Source of the DNA: the human T2T-CHM13v2.0 reference genome, Homo sapiens
NCBI RefSeq assembly: GCF_009914755.1
Contig: NC_060939.1
Length of the DNA: 64,000 nucleotides
Strand: one strand, 5' to 3'
In this document: positions 39,555 through 56,594 of the stretch, piece after piece
Numbering within the stretch: the first letter of the stretch is position 1
How the letters are laid out: each line of letters begins with the position of its first letter
The notes under the pieces: generated by a model
The model's database searches: none
What the model was told of the DNA's origin: nothing
The model's input: the letters and a program-made list of their open reading frames with translations, nothing else
Translations under genes and position numbers: made by a program

Positions 39555-40760
39555 CAAACCATCACCTAGGTATTAAGCCCAACATCCATTAACTATTCTT
39601 CTGATGCTCTCCCTCCCTCCATCCCCACAACAGGCCCCAGTGTGTGTTGATCCCCCTAATGTGTCCATGTGTTCTCATCATTCTGCTCTCACTTATAAGT
39701 GAGAACATGCAGTGTTTGGCTTTCTGTTCCTGTGTTAGTTTGCTGAAAGTAACGGCTTCCAGCTCCATCCATGACCCTGCAAAGAACATGATCTCATTCC
39801 TTTTATGGCTGCATAGTATTCATGGTATACATGTACTACTTTTTTTTTCTAATTCAGTCTATCATTGATTGGCATTTGGATTGATTCCATGTCTTTGCTA
39901 TTGTGATTGGTGCTGTAATGAACATACGCGTACATGTATCTTTATAATGAAATGATTTATATTCCTTTGGGTAGATACCCAGGAATGGAATTGCTGGGTC
40001 AAATGGTATTTCTGCTTCTAGTTCTTTAAGGAATCACCACACTGTCTTCCACAATGTTTGAACCAATTTACATTCCCACCAACAGTGTAAAAGTGTTCCT
40101 TTTTCTCCACAATCTCACCAGCATCTGTTGTTTATTGACTTTTTAATAATTGCCATTCTGACTGGCATGTGGTGGTATCTCATTGTGGTTTTGATTTGGA
40201 TTTCTCTAATGAGTAGTAATGTTGAGCTTTTTTCATATCTTTGTTGGCTGCATGAATGTCTTCTTTGGAGAAGTGTCTGTTCATCTCCTTTGCCCACTTT
40301 TTAACGGGGTCGTTTGTTTTTTTCTTGTAAATTTGTTTAAGTTCTTTGTAAACTTTGGATTTTAGACTTTTGTCAGATGGATAGATGGCACAAATGCTCT
40401 CCCATTCTGTAGGTTGTCTGTTCGCTCTGATGATCATGTCTTTTGCTGTGCAGAAGCCAAGTCATTCATCACTGTGATCACCTTCATTGGAGAAACTCAA
40501 GTTCACTGGTATTTCCTAAAGTACAAAGAACAGAACCCAGCCCAATGTATCAAACAGACACAGATTATTGCAAAATACTAGTGTATCTGTTCCATCGTTG
40601 TAAGTACTATTACTTCCAGTTTTAAGTAATTTAAGAGTTCATTAGTAAATGCAAGCCCTCATACTATATGTAGGTCTATAATTAAAGTCAAGAAAAAATC
40701 CCTAATCACCCTCATAAACCACAAGCAAGCATAGTACTTACCGCAGCAAAATCTTTCTTT

Positions 40761-40839
40761 ATAACCCTTCTTTTTCTCCTCCCAATAATCATTTTAACAG
40801 TTCATAACCATACTTCTCCTCCCAATAATCATCTTAACA
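40761..40839. repeat. ~40-bp tandem duplication
   Basis: TTCTCCTCCCAATAATCAT(T/C)TTAACA at 40774-40799 and 40814-40839. Confidence 0.9.
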
Positions 40840-41079
40840 CATAAGTCTCAAATTATTCTGTTATAAAATAAAATAATACTATCTACATCAAAGCACTAAT
40901 GAAAATCTAAATGAAATGAGGCATGTGAAATATTTAATAGAAGGTTCTATATTTTTTACTATTATGCTTTGGTTAAACCTGTATACCTTCATTTTGTACA
41001 TAGGTTTTAAACCTAAAATATATCCCCCATTATGTATCATTCTTCAAAATAGCTCTACTGAAGTCTAATTAACATGCAG

Positions 41080-44000
41080 TGTTAATTAACATGCAATGCT
41101 TAAGGTGAAAAATTTAATAAATTTCAACATATGTACATACCAATGAAAGCATCACCACAAATAAGATAATGAGCATATCCATCACATCCAAACGTTTTCT
41201 CTTGTCCCTTGATATGGTTTTGCTCTGTGTCCCCACCCAAATCTTTTCTTGAATTGTAATCCCCATGTGTTGAGGGAGGAGCCTGTAATCTCCATGTGTT
41301 GGGGGAGGGAGGTGATTGGATGATGGAAGTGGTTCCCCCATGCTGTTCTTATGATAGTGAGTGTGTCCTCACGAGAGCTGATGGCTTTATAAGGGGCTCT
41401 TCCCCCTTTGCATTCCCTTCTTTCTCTTGCCATATTATGAAGAAGGTGCCTGCTTCCCCTTCTGTCATGATTGTAAGTTTTCTGAGGCCTCCCCATCCAT
41501 GTGGAACTGAGTCAATTAAACCTCTTTCCTTTATAAATTACCCAGTCTCAGGTATTTCTTTATAGCAGTGTGAAAACAGACTATTATACCCCCTTATGAC
41601 ATTCACATGTTTTCATTTATCTTAGAAAAATTTCTAAGATGAGAATGGCTGGGTTACATGGTACATCTATATGTAACATTTATTTTAAGAAATTACTGAG
41701 ATATTTTTCCAAGAGATTATATCATTTCTGTATCAAAGTCCATTTTTGTAGATGAATATCAAATTGTCAGCAACATTTACTGAAATAATAATTTTCTCAA
41801 TTAAATTGCTTTTTCACTTTTGTCAAGAATTAATTGACCATAAATGCACATCTATTTTGAAACTCATTATTGTGTTTCATTAATCTAATTTTGTATCATG
41901 ACACCAATACCACACAGTCTTTATTACTTTAGATTTATAATCAGTCATGAAGTCAGACACTACAAGTCCTTCAACTTTGTTTTTTTTCTAAGGTTATTTT
42001 GGCCTTTACATTTCCTGTGAATTTTAGAATTGACTTGCCAATTTTCACACATAAAAAATAAATAAAGCCAGCTAGGATTTTGATTAGGACTGAACATCAA
42101 TCTACAAATGCATATGGGGATAACTGACATCTTAACAATATCAAGTATTCTGAGCCATGAACATGGTATATCTCTCCACACATTTAGATATTGTTCTATT
42201 TCTCTTAGCAATATTTTGTAGTTTTCAGTATTTAGCCCTTGCACAAATTCATTATCTCTAATTTTTAAATCTGTTTATGCTTTTATAAATGGCATTGTTT
42301 TCTACATTTTAATTTGCAATTATCTTGTGTTAGTATTAACATATGAATTATAATTAATCTATAATTGATCTTATATTCTCTAACTAAATAGTTAGATGTT
42401 ATAGTAGCTTTTTCCTAGATTCTATAGGAATTTCTATGTAGATACTCATATTGTCTGGGAATAAAGTGAGTTTTACTTCTTCCTTTCCAATTTGAAAACA
42501 TTTTCTCTATTTTTCTTGTCATATTGTGCAGATGAGTAGCCTTCAATCTAATATTGAATAAAAGTTGTGAGAACAAACATACCTGTCTTTTTTTTTCAAA
42601 TCTTAAAGTGAAAGTATTCACTCTTTCACTGTTAAGTATAATGCCAGCTATATGTTTATTCACAGGTATACTCCATCAGACTAAGTTTATTTCTTTCTGG
42701 TTTGTTTAGAGATGATAACAGTGATGAATGTGATATTTTGCCAAATTTCTGTCATCATTGATTGAGATGTGCATCAGATTACCTTGTTAATATTGTGTAT
42801 TGCATTGATTAATTAATTTTTGAAAGTTAACCAAAATTGGAAGCCTAGGAAAAACATCATTCTTTATTATCCAATTTTTTGGTGTATTTAACTTATTAAA
42901 AATATGTTTAGAATTTTTGTATCTATATTTTTGTGACTTTTTCGTTCATAGGATTTTTTTTCTTATTCTCTTTTTTTCTGTCTCTTTTTTATTTGAGACA
43001 GCTTTGTCTATATTTTGTATCAGGGATATACAATCTTCATAGAATAAGTTGAGACATATTCCCTCCTCTTTAATATTCTGGAGGCGTATATGTGGAATTT
43101 GTATTATTTCTTACTTAAAAGCCATATATTTTGTCAAATTTTTGAAGCTGCCTGGGCTTGGAGTTTTCTTTGTGGGAAGTTTTTGTTTGTTTTCTTTTTG
43201 CTTTTATTAAAAATTAAATTTCCTTAACAGATATAGGGAAATTCAGGTTACATATTTCTGTTTGAGTGAACTTGGTGGTTAATGTCTTTCAAAACATTTG
43301 CCCACTTCATATAAATTGTCAAATTTATTGGCATAATGTTGTACATAATATTCTCATCATTTTTTTAAATCTCTAAACTCCATCGTGTCTGTCTACCTCT
43401 TGTATTTCTAATATTGCCAATTTGTGTCTTCTTGCTATTTTCCTCATCACTCTAGGTAGAGATTAATTAAACCTGCCTTTCATTTCTCGCATTTTTCTCT
43501 ATTGTTTCCCTGTATTATTTCATTGATTTCTACTCTGATCCATATTGTTTTCTTTCTTCTGCTCCTGGGCTTTATTTACTTTTCTTTTTATAGTTTCTTA
43601 AGGTTAAACTGATATCATTAAGTTTAGACTTCTTTTATTTTGTAGCAAAGTTGTTTAGGGCTATAAGTTTTCCTCAAATGCTACTTTAGCTGCATCTCAA
43701 ACATTTTTTATATCTTCTGTTTGCATTTTCATGCTGATAAAAATAAATTCTAATTTCTCTTGTAATTTTTTCTTATAGAAATGTGTTACCTAGCTCCCAA
43801 ATATTTGGAGATTTTTTAAATATATCTTTCTATCATTGATTTCTGATTTAATGCCATGATGTTCAGATAATCTATCTGATATGACATAAATTATTTTAAA
43901 TTTAAAGCTTGTTTTATGACCCAGAATATGGTCTGTCTCAGTGAGTGTTCCATGTACATTTCAAAAGAATGTGTATTCTGCTGTTGTTGGCTGGAAATAT

Positions 44001-44315
44001 TTCGTAAATATTAATTTGGTCTATTTGGTTAATTATGTTATTTAAATCTTTATTACTCCTGATGTTATGGCTACTTATTCTATAAATTATTACACAGATG
44101 GTACTGAATTATCTGACAATAGTTGTAAATTTGTCTACTTTTCTTAGCAATTTTATCAGCTTTTCTTCACGTGTTTTGAAATCTGTTATTAGATACATTA
44201 TGTGCTCTTGATGAATCAACAGATTTATTATTATGAATTTACCTTTTTATGCCTGAAAATATTTTTGCACTGAAATACACTTTTTCTGATATTAATATAG
44301 CCACTCCAATTTTTC
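41080..44315 (-). mobile_element. Old L1M (L1MD/ME-like) 3' end plus ORF2, antisense, interrupted by THE1D
   Basis: Minus-strand ORF2 peptides ENYKILLREI..WRDIPCSW and IILNSE..LLFNI; T-rich. Confidence 0.8.
41210..41588 (+). mobile_element. THE1D-like MaLR solo LTR with ~29-bp internal duplication
   Basis: TGATATGGTTT..CCCCACCCAAATC ... AATTACCCAGTCTCAGGTATTTCTTTATAGCAGTGTGAAAACAGACTA; TGTAATC.CCATGTGTTG.GGGAGG twice. Confidence 0.93.
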
Positions 44316-44339
44316 TACAAAATCACAGCATGTTAGAAA

Positions 44340-44537
44340 AAGTTTTGTTGAGATGTAATTCATGTAGCATAAAGTTTAACATTTTAAAATATATAATTCA
44401 GTGGGTTTTAACTTATTCCTGTGTGACCCTCACCACATCTAATTTTAGAACATTTTCGTCACCCTAAAAGAAACCAGTAGCCATTGGCAGCCACTCCCTC
44501 CTCCTTCTCCTTCCACCCCTGACATCCACTAATCTCC
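44340..44537 (-). mobile_element. L1MB-like 3' end fragment
   Basis: TTGAGATGTAATTCA..ATAATTCAGTGGGTTTTA..TAATTTTAGAACATTTTCGTCACCC. Confidence 0.75.
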
Positions 44538-46094
44538 CCACAAGAGTGTTGGTCGTTGTTCACTCTAATCCTTTCAGATGCTCTTTCCCCTGCCTTGAGT
44601 ACACATTCTTCACAGATGTGTGCTAATTTTTACTCAACTGAATACTCAGAGGGAGACTTCGACAGCATAGAGTTAAGGATTACCTCTCAGGATGGCGGGA
44701 CTAGATGGTCACAGCTTATAATTGCCCAACAAGCGAGGACACTGGTGCAACATGCCACCCATGCGGCACACATCCTGCCCTTTCAACCACCTAGAAGTGA
44801 CAACCGCTCTTCAAAGATGTTCAGATCATCATTAAAAAAAAAAGTTCAGACAAAAAGCATTAATATGAGGCAAGAGAAACAGAAGAAAGAACAATTGTCT
44901 CCAACACATGATGTCAAGAACTTGTTAAAGATCTTGATTCAAATAATCAGCACTTTATCAAATACAAAAAAAAAATACCCTAGAATATCCAGTTTCCATG
45001 TCTCTTGGCTACAACCACCCCCATTTTGTGGTCTGGCAAATATGGAGACCTCTGCCTCACGCTTGCTCTGCATTTCTTTGCTGGTGATGGTGAATCCATC
45101 TAATAAAACGTTGCAGAGTTAAAATTAGATCTACTGATGGTGATCATCCCACTCAACCTCAGGCAGGTTTTCACTCCTTATTCACTCACCTTTTTAATTA
45201 ACTACATTGGTCAATATGTAAATATCCACAAGGTTTCATGAGCCCTCATCATTTAACAATACCAGGGTAGGGTTCTTTTATCTCATCTTGTACTCCCTTT
45301 GAAACATATATCCCAAGCCCATAGGTTGAAATTTGTTAAATGACATGCAGTGGTTGGCATCCCTTACCTATTTCCACTTAATAAATCCATAACTGTGTTA
45401 ATACACCTATACATTGGTCAGGAATTCAACAAATTCTAGGCTTTTGTAGCAGAAGGCTTTCTGTCTCAACTGGCTCTGAATACAACATCAGCCCATAGTC
45501 AGAGATTTTCTATGGTGTTATGGAAAGGCTGGTGTCTCTCTAAGTTATACCCATACATTACAACTATCTGGTATATCTGACCACTGTACTTTCAATCTAT
45601 GTTCACCTCTAGCTCCCAATTTCTTCCAGGGAGTTCTTTTTAGAATGCCTTGTTTAAATGACAAGCTAAAGAAAAAGCATGCCTTCATGTTGAAAGTATA
45701 ATAGATTAATTATTCCTATGTGTGTGATGTTGTAACACTCTAATGTGGTACTTATTCCACATTGTATAAACAATGTTAACTGGTTGATATATGTAAGACA
45801 ATTGAAATGCTGATTGTATCCAAGAAGTCACCTAACAAGACCCATCTTCTGCTATTGACTTTTTCTCACATGTTAATGAAGTTCAAGCTATATTTTGGTG
45901 TATATCAAATAAAGTATCTGAGACACATGCAAATATTGGTCCCACTTATGTTGTATTGATAACTCACAGACCTTTAAAAAATAAGTAACTTTGCATTGAG
46001 TTATTTGTCATCTTGGTTCTTTTAAATGGATTTTAATTATTGCTATTATAATTCAGTCATAGACATAAAATTATATTGATTCCTGGACTTACTC

Positions 46095-46250
46095 GCTTAT
46101 AGATTATTTGAGGTAGAAGAGACCTTATTTATATTTTTAGATGTTTGAACTTTCCAAAGAGAAAAATGAGGACCAAAGATGTTGAGTAACTTGGCCAAGA
46201 TCACAAAGACAGTCAATTTAAGAGGTAGGTGTGTTTGAGCTCAAGGAACT
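46095..46250 (-). mobile_element. MIR fragment
   Basis: GAGAAAAATGAGGACCAAAGATGTTGAGTAACTTGGCCAAGATCACA. Confidence 0.65.
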
Positions 46251-48053
46251 GAAATGCAAGAAGAATATGCTTCGTTAACATATAATTTCAACCAGGTCTT
46301 TGGAAGTGCTTATAAATATGAGCCCAAAGACAAAGCCTAACACTTATTTTTTAACCATTCATTGATATTTTAAGCTGTTTAAAAAGGAAAAATATCTGTA
46401 AGTGATAATAAAGAATTGCCCTCAAATTAATATATTATATTTAAAGTTGAAGCCATCAGTTCTCTGAAACATGACTGTATTATTAGAAAGGAAGGGTGAC
46501 TCATCAGGCAAAATGGTGGGAACTACAATATCTCACTATACCTGCATTCATCTTTAAGGCGTCTGTACAGCCTCTATGGAGCCAAGGAATAAAGGACATA
46601 CATTCAAAGTAAAGCTGTGGCAAAATTGTTCTAATTATCAGAAAACTAAGTAATGCAAAATAAATATTGGGAATCATAATAAATATAACATTTTGAACAC
46701 TGCTTCTTTTAGTTGGCATTTTTATTTGATTAACCACAAAGACTTTTGTTTTGCTGAGTGGGATCTGTAAGTTTGGAAACTGAGCTGATTTGCCTGAGCC
46801 AACAGAGGATGCTTAACATGGGAACTTTCCAAAATACTTGCATATGAAAGAGACTACAAACAAATTGACAAGCTTAATATGTACATATAGGCAGCAATAT
46901 TTGGGGGTGGCAGGATGGCAGATGACAAGAAGTTAGTTTAGTTTAGTGTTTAGTTTTACTTAAATGAGATGCTACTATACCATCTTCTCTTAGACATGCT
47001 TGTCTTATTTTAAAATATGCCTTGGCTTATTTTGACATTAAAAATGTTCATAAATGCCTCATGCTTTTTAGTTGCTACAGTGTATTCCATGATACTGATG
47101 TATTATTATTGCCGAAGAAATTTGCTTTTGATTTCTTTTTTAGATTGTGTCCAAATTCTACTATTACAAAGATATATGGACGTATTTATGTAAGACAATT
47201 TCTTTGAAGTAGTATTGCTTAGTCCAACAGTACACAAATTGAGAATTTCAATACATACTGCTAAACTGTCATCAAAAAATTAACTTGTTACAATCCAATT
47301 GTCAGTTTTTCCACAATATTACCCACACTTGACATTAATCTTTCGTTTTGTTCATTCTTCTTATGGGGAAATAAAAAGAAGCTATTTTATTTTGTATTTT
47401 CCTGATTGTCAATGGGACTGAGTGTCTTCTCATGTATGTCTTAGTTATTTGTATTTCTTCTTCTGAAAATTGCATTTTATTTCCTTTCTTTCTACTTCTT
47501 TAGTGATTAATGGGAGATTTGTATATATTCAAGGTATGTTATCACATTGATTTTTTGCTTGGTTTTGAATTTGGAGGTGTCTTTTTCACGAAGAGGATGT
47601 TCAGTTATATTTAGTCAAAACAGGAAGTCTTCTTTGAGAGATTTCCAAGTTTTATGTCCTACTTAGAAAGATCTTCCTAATATAGAATAATTGTAACACT
47701 TCATAATCTTTCAAATGTAGTTATTTGGTCTATATGGAATTTATTTTACAAACATTTTGTAATGTCTAATGTTATTTATATCATAGAGATGGAAACTGGC
47801 ACAGCAGCCACTGTGAATTGTTCACCTTTCCCCACTCTTGAGATTGCAACAAAAACTAAATTTCCTATTTTATCTCATTGACAAAATTGTCCCTTCTCTT
47901 CCAACATTACCTATTTGACTATAGTTTTTCAAAATTTGTACTGCTTTCAAAATAGTACTGTATGTATTAGCACCATTTTTATTTAAGATAAATTTAAGAT
48001 GCAACATTTTATTAAAATATTCTATTGGGAGCTGGATTTAAAACCAAGTACCA

Positions 48054-48510
<457 letters not shown>

Positions 48511-50079
48511 TTACAATTTTCTCTCATTAAAAAACATGAAAAATATATCTCCATTTGCTTAGCTATTTAGTAATTTGTTAACATTTATTTCATATCTAGG
48601 TCCTGAACACTTTCATTAGTTTCATTTCTAGAGACTTACGTATGTAGATGTGATTGTCCTCCCATTTTCCTACTGTACGTTGGTACAATACAGAAAGGAC
48701 TATTGATATGTTTATCTTGTAAAGAGCACCAAACTCTCTTCTTGCTTTTTTCTTTGTTTCTGTTGTATTAAATTTGGTTCCAATTTTATGTAGCTATCAG
48801 ATAATCTACAAATATTTTTTCACTCTTTCTTTATAATATTTAAACATCATCTTTCTTTTCCTTTTCTTATTTTATTGTGTAAGGTATCCATAACAGTGCT
48901 GAGTAATAGTGGAGCTAGCAAGCATCCTTATCTAATTTCTGAATCTAGGGGCTATGCCCCATGTGTACATTAGAACATTTAAAAATATACCGTCAAATTA
49001 ATGAAACAAGAAATCACATAAAACTGAAAATAAAGATTACTTTCCAATTACAAATCTAACATATCCTTATTGTGGAAGAAAGAAAGAAATAATTGTTAAA
49101 ATAATTGCTACTTTTCATACTAGTCTTCAAAGACAGGTACTTTTGTGAACTCTCATCTAGTTATTATCTATACATATTGTTTTTCATATTGTTATCTCAT
49201 ATTCTATATATAGAATTTGAATTTTACTTTGCTCACTTTTTCTTAAAATAGAAGCATTTTTCAACTATTGAAGTAATTTTGTCAAAATTGTTATTAATTT
49301 CTGCATTTTTTCATATTAATTAGCTCAATGTCCCTATAATATTATGTTGAGGTTTGTTTTCCATATTTAATGGAATTAAACAATTATTATTATTTTTAAA
49401 TGTTTTCCACAAAATGTTGTACAAAGGATTGTTTTCTTAAGATTGATTCCAGGAAGTGGAACTAGGTCAAAGAGAATAAATATTGTAAGACTTGTAACAT
49501 ATTTTGCTAAAGTTCTTTACAAAGGATATTTTGGATACCCATCAGTGATTCATAAGAATCCCTGTCTCATTACACATTTTCCAAATTGAAGATTTTCATT
49601 TTAATTGTCAACTTAATGAGTACAGAAATTCTATTTTTTAAAATTTGTTTTTACATGAGATGTAATATGTAACTATTCTGTTTTTTTCCAGTATGCATTT
49701 TCTAGTCTATGTTCACATTCTTTGGCTAGTTATCAGGCTTTAAAGAGGTTCATATTGATTAAATGGTATGAAAACTAAATACGTGAATTTTTGTAAAATT
49801 GGCAGCAATTTTATTTTTCACTATTCTTTTGCTTATTTATTGAAACATGATCATATTTTGCATGTTAGAAAAAATTCTCTTCAATTTTGTTTAAATATTA
49901 TTAGTTTGTCCACATAAAGGTATCTACTGCTATGTAACTTATAATTGAGGAAAATTTAAAACAACCTGAACAAGCAATGATCAGAGAATTAATAGGTAAA
50001 TTATGATAGTATATCTGCATTTACTGACAACAAAAAAATGTTGAAAACACTTTTAAAAGGTTGATAAAACATATTAAAA

Positions 50080-50606
50080 AATATATATGATATATATAAA
50101 TAATATATATAAAACTAAATCCCATATTTGTTTAAAAATATGTTCTTTATCCCATATATTTTATATATTATATTTATGTATATCCTATATAATATATTTC
50201 CCATATATATTATCATGTATTACATTATATTATATATTATATATAATTATATTACATATTATATATTGTATATTATATAATATATAATTATATTACACAG
50301 TATATATTATATAATTATATATAATAATTATATATTATATGTAATAATATATTATATATAATAATTATATATAATTATATATAATATATAGTTAAATATT
50401 ATATATATTTATATATAACTATAGAAATATATGTAATTATATAATATATAATTATAGAAATATATGTAATTATATAATATATATAATTATATAATATATA
50501 ATATGTAATTATATAATATATATAATTATATAATATATAATATGTAATTATATAATATATATAATTATATAATATATAATATGTAATTATATATAATAAT
50601 AATATT
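50080..50606. repeat. AT-rich low-complexity tract / minisatellite with 33-bp and 39-bp higher-order units
   Basis: ORF 50399-50824 repeats YYIITYYILYNYI (39 bp) about three times and YYIITYISI.I (33 bp) twice. Confidence 0.92.
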
Positions 50607-50616
50607 AGAAATACAA

Positions 50617-51945
50617 TGTGAAGTATGTTCCTTCTATACCCAGTTTTTTGAGAGTTTGTATCATGAAGAGATTTATATACATACTTCAACACAATAAAAA
50701 CCATATATGACAGACCCATATTGAATGGGGAAAAACTGAAAGCCTTTTCTGTAAGATCTGGAACAAGACTAGGATGCCTACTTTCACCACCATTATTCAA
50801 CACAGTACTTGAGCAATCAGACAAAAGAAAGAAATAAAGGATATCTAAGTTGCAAGTGAAGAAGTCAAATTATCCTTGTCTGCAGATGATATAATCTCAT
50901 ATTTGGGAAAACCTAAAGACTCCACCAAAAAACTATTAGAATTGATTAAAAAAAAGTAAAGTTTCAGCATACAAAATCAACATACAAAAATTAGTAGCAT
51001 TTCTATCTGACGACAGCAAACAATCTGAAAATGAAAGCAAGAAAGAAATCTCATTTACTATAGCTCCAAATAAAATAAAATACCCAAGAATAAACTTGAC
51101 CAAAGAAGTGAAAGGTCTCTGTAATGAAAATTATAACATATTGATGCATGAAATTGATGAGGACACAAAAAATGGAAAGATATTCCCTGTTCATGAATTC
51201 GAAGAATCAATGTTGTTAAAATGGTCATACTACCCAAAGCAATCTACAAATTCAATGCAATTTCTATAAAAATACCAATGACCTTCTTCACAAAAATAGA
51301 AAAAACAATCCTAAAATTTATATGAAATCACAAAAGACCCAGAATAGCCAAAGCTGTCCTGAACAAAAAGAACAAAACTGGAGAAATCACATTTACTGAC
51401 TTCAAATTGTACCATTAAGCCATAAAAAAGAATGAAATCCTGTCATTCGCAACAAGGATGGAGTTGATGAACATTACGTTATGTGAAATAAGCCAGGCCA
51501 GAAAGACAAACTTCACATCTTCTCACTCATTTGTGGGAATTAAAAATTAAAAGAATCGAACTCATGGAAATACTGCGTAGAATGATTGTTACCAGAGGCT
51601 GAGAAGGGTAGTGGGAAAGGAGGGTGTGGGCATGGTTAATGAGTACAGAGATACAATTAGATAGAATAAATAAGATCTAGTATTTGATAGCACAATACGG
51701 TGACTACAGTCAACAATAATTTATTATAAATTTAAAAATAAGCTAAAATGCATAATTGGAATGATTTATCGTTACGCAAAGAAATGGTAAATACTTGAGG
51801 TGATAAGATACCCCATTTACTTTGAAGTGATTATTACACATTGTATGCATAGTGTATGATACAGATAAAGATATCTCATGTACCCCATAAACATTTATAC
51901 CTACTATTTACCCATAAAAATTAAAAATTAAAAAAAATTTAAAAA
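50617..51945 (+). mobile_element. 5'-inverted L1MA (about L1MA2-3) with internal deletion
   Basis: Antisense 50617-50672; sense ORF2 from 50679; jump at ~51412 to the 3' end; L1MA 3'UTR (AAGATCTAGTATTTGATAGCACAATA..ATAAAAATTAAAAA). Confidence 0.88.
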
Positions 51946-51969
51946 GAATTATACTAAGTATCCTGTTAT

Positions 51970-55745
<3,776 letters not shown>

Positions 55746-55779
55746 AATATTCTTCTGCAGCAATACTGGGAAATATTTA

Positions 55780-56560
55780 TTACCAGATATTAAAATATTA
55801 TAAATGAACTATAAAGAAAATGGTATGTTTTGATGCCTGCATAAATGAACAGGTGGACAGAACAATTACAAAACCCAGAAAGAGTCTACAATTCCAAATA
55901 GAAATTTGGCTTATATAAAAATGACATCTGAAATATCAGTGGGAAAAAAGTCGAGCTTTTAATAAATGATGTTAGGATCATGGATCACCATATGGAATAA
56001 CATAAAATTTGATCTTTCTTTCACAGTTTACAGCAGAAAACATTCCAAAATGGATCAGAGATTTTAAAAAGTAGATGAATTCTTCCATAACCTCAGAAGA
56101 GAAATGTTTTTCTAACTATAATTCAAAATCAGTAAGTTATAAGGGAAAGAATTATAAATTTGACTACAATAAAGACAATGTGTCATAGTAAAAAAAAAAA
56201 AGTAAAGTAAAAAGACAAATGTCAAATTTGGGAAAATATTTCTAATTTATACCACGGATGGAAGATTTACACCCTTAGTATACATAGACCTGTTAAAAAT
56301 AGAGGCCAAAAAACCCACTAAGAACCTGATTGAAATATGAGCATGAGATATGAATTGCCAGTTCACAGAAATAGAAAACCAAGTAACCCTCAAACACGTG
56401 AAACATGCCAAGATCTCACACAAAGAGAACCATAAATGAAAACTACCCTGGAATACAATTTCTCACCTAGCAGAATGGCAAAAATCTGAAAGTTTGGCAA
56501 CAGGTTCCATTGAGGGAACTGTAAAAAAAGAGGCACTTTCATAATTGGTGAGCCATATAG
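55780..56560 (+). mobile_element. Old L1M ORF2 3' fragment
   Basis: CCAGATATTAAAATATTATAAA..TTTAATAAATGATGTTAGGA..TTTCTCACCTAGCAGAATGGCAAAAAT. Confidence 0.65.
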
Positions 56561-56594
56561 TTAAACTTTTAAGAGTAAAAAAGTAAATTAACAC

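Larger units (their letters stand above)
38050..40459 (-). mobile_element. L1PA (about L1PA10-13) 3' fragment, split by THE1D
   Basis: AAGTTCCAGGGTACACGTGCAGGATGTGC..CAGATCAACC | CATCACCTAGGTATTAAGCCC..; ORF2 C-terminal peptide RQPTEWE..AIYPSDK on the minus strand. Confidence 0.93.

Noticed and set aside
44556-45122. 188-aa ORF as a protein-coding gene
   Set aside because: TTG start inside L1 debris, no recognisable domain, poly-Lys from A tracts, no supporting exon structure.
50399-50824. 141-aa Y/I/N repeat ORF
   Set aside because: Translation of the AT minisatellite and antisense L1.
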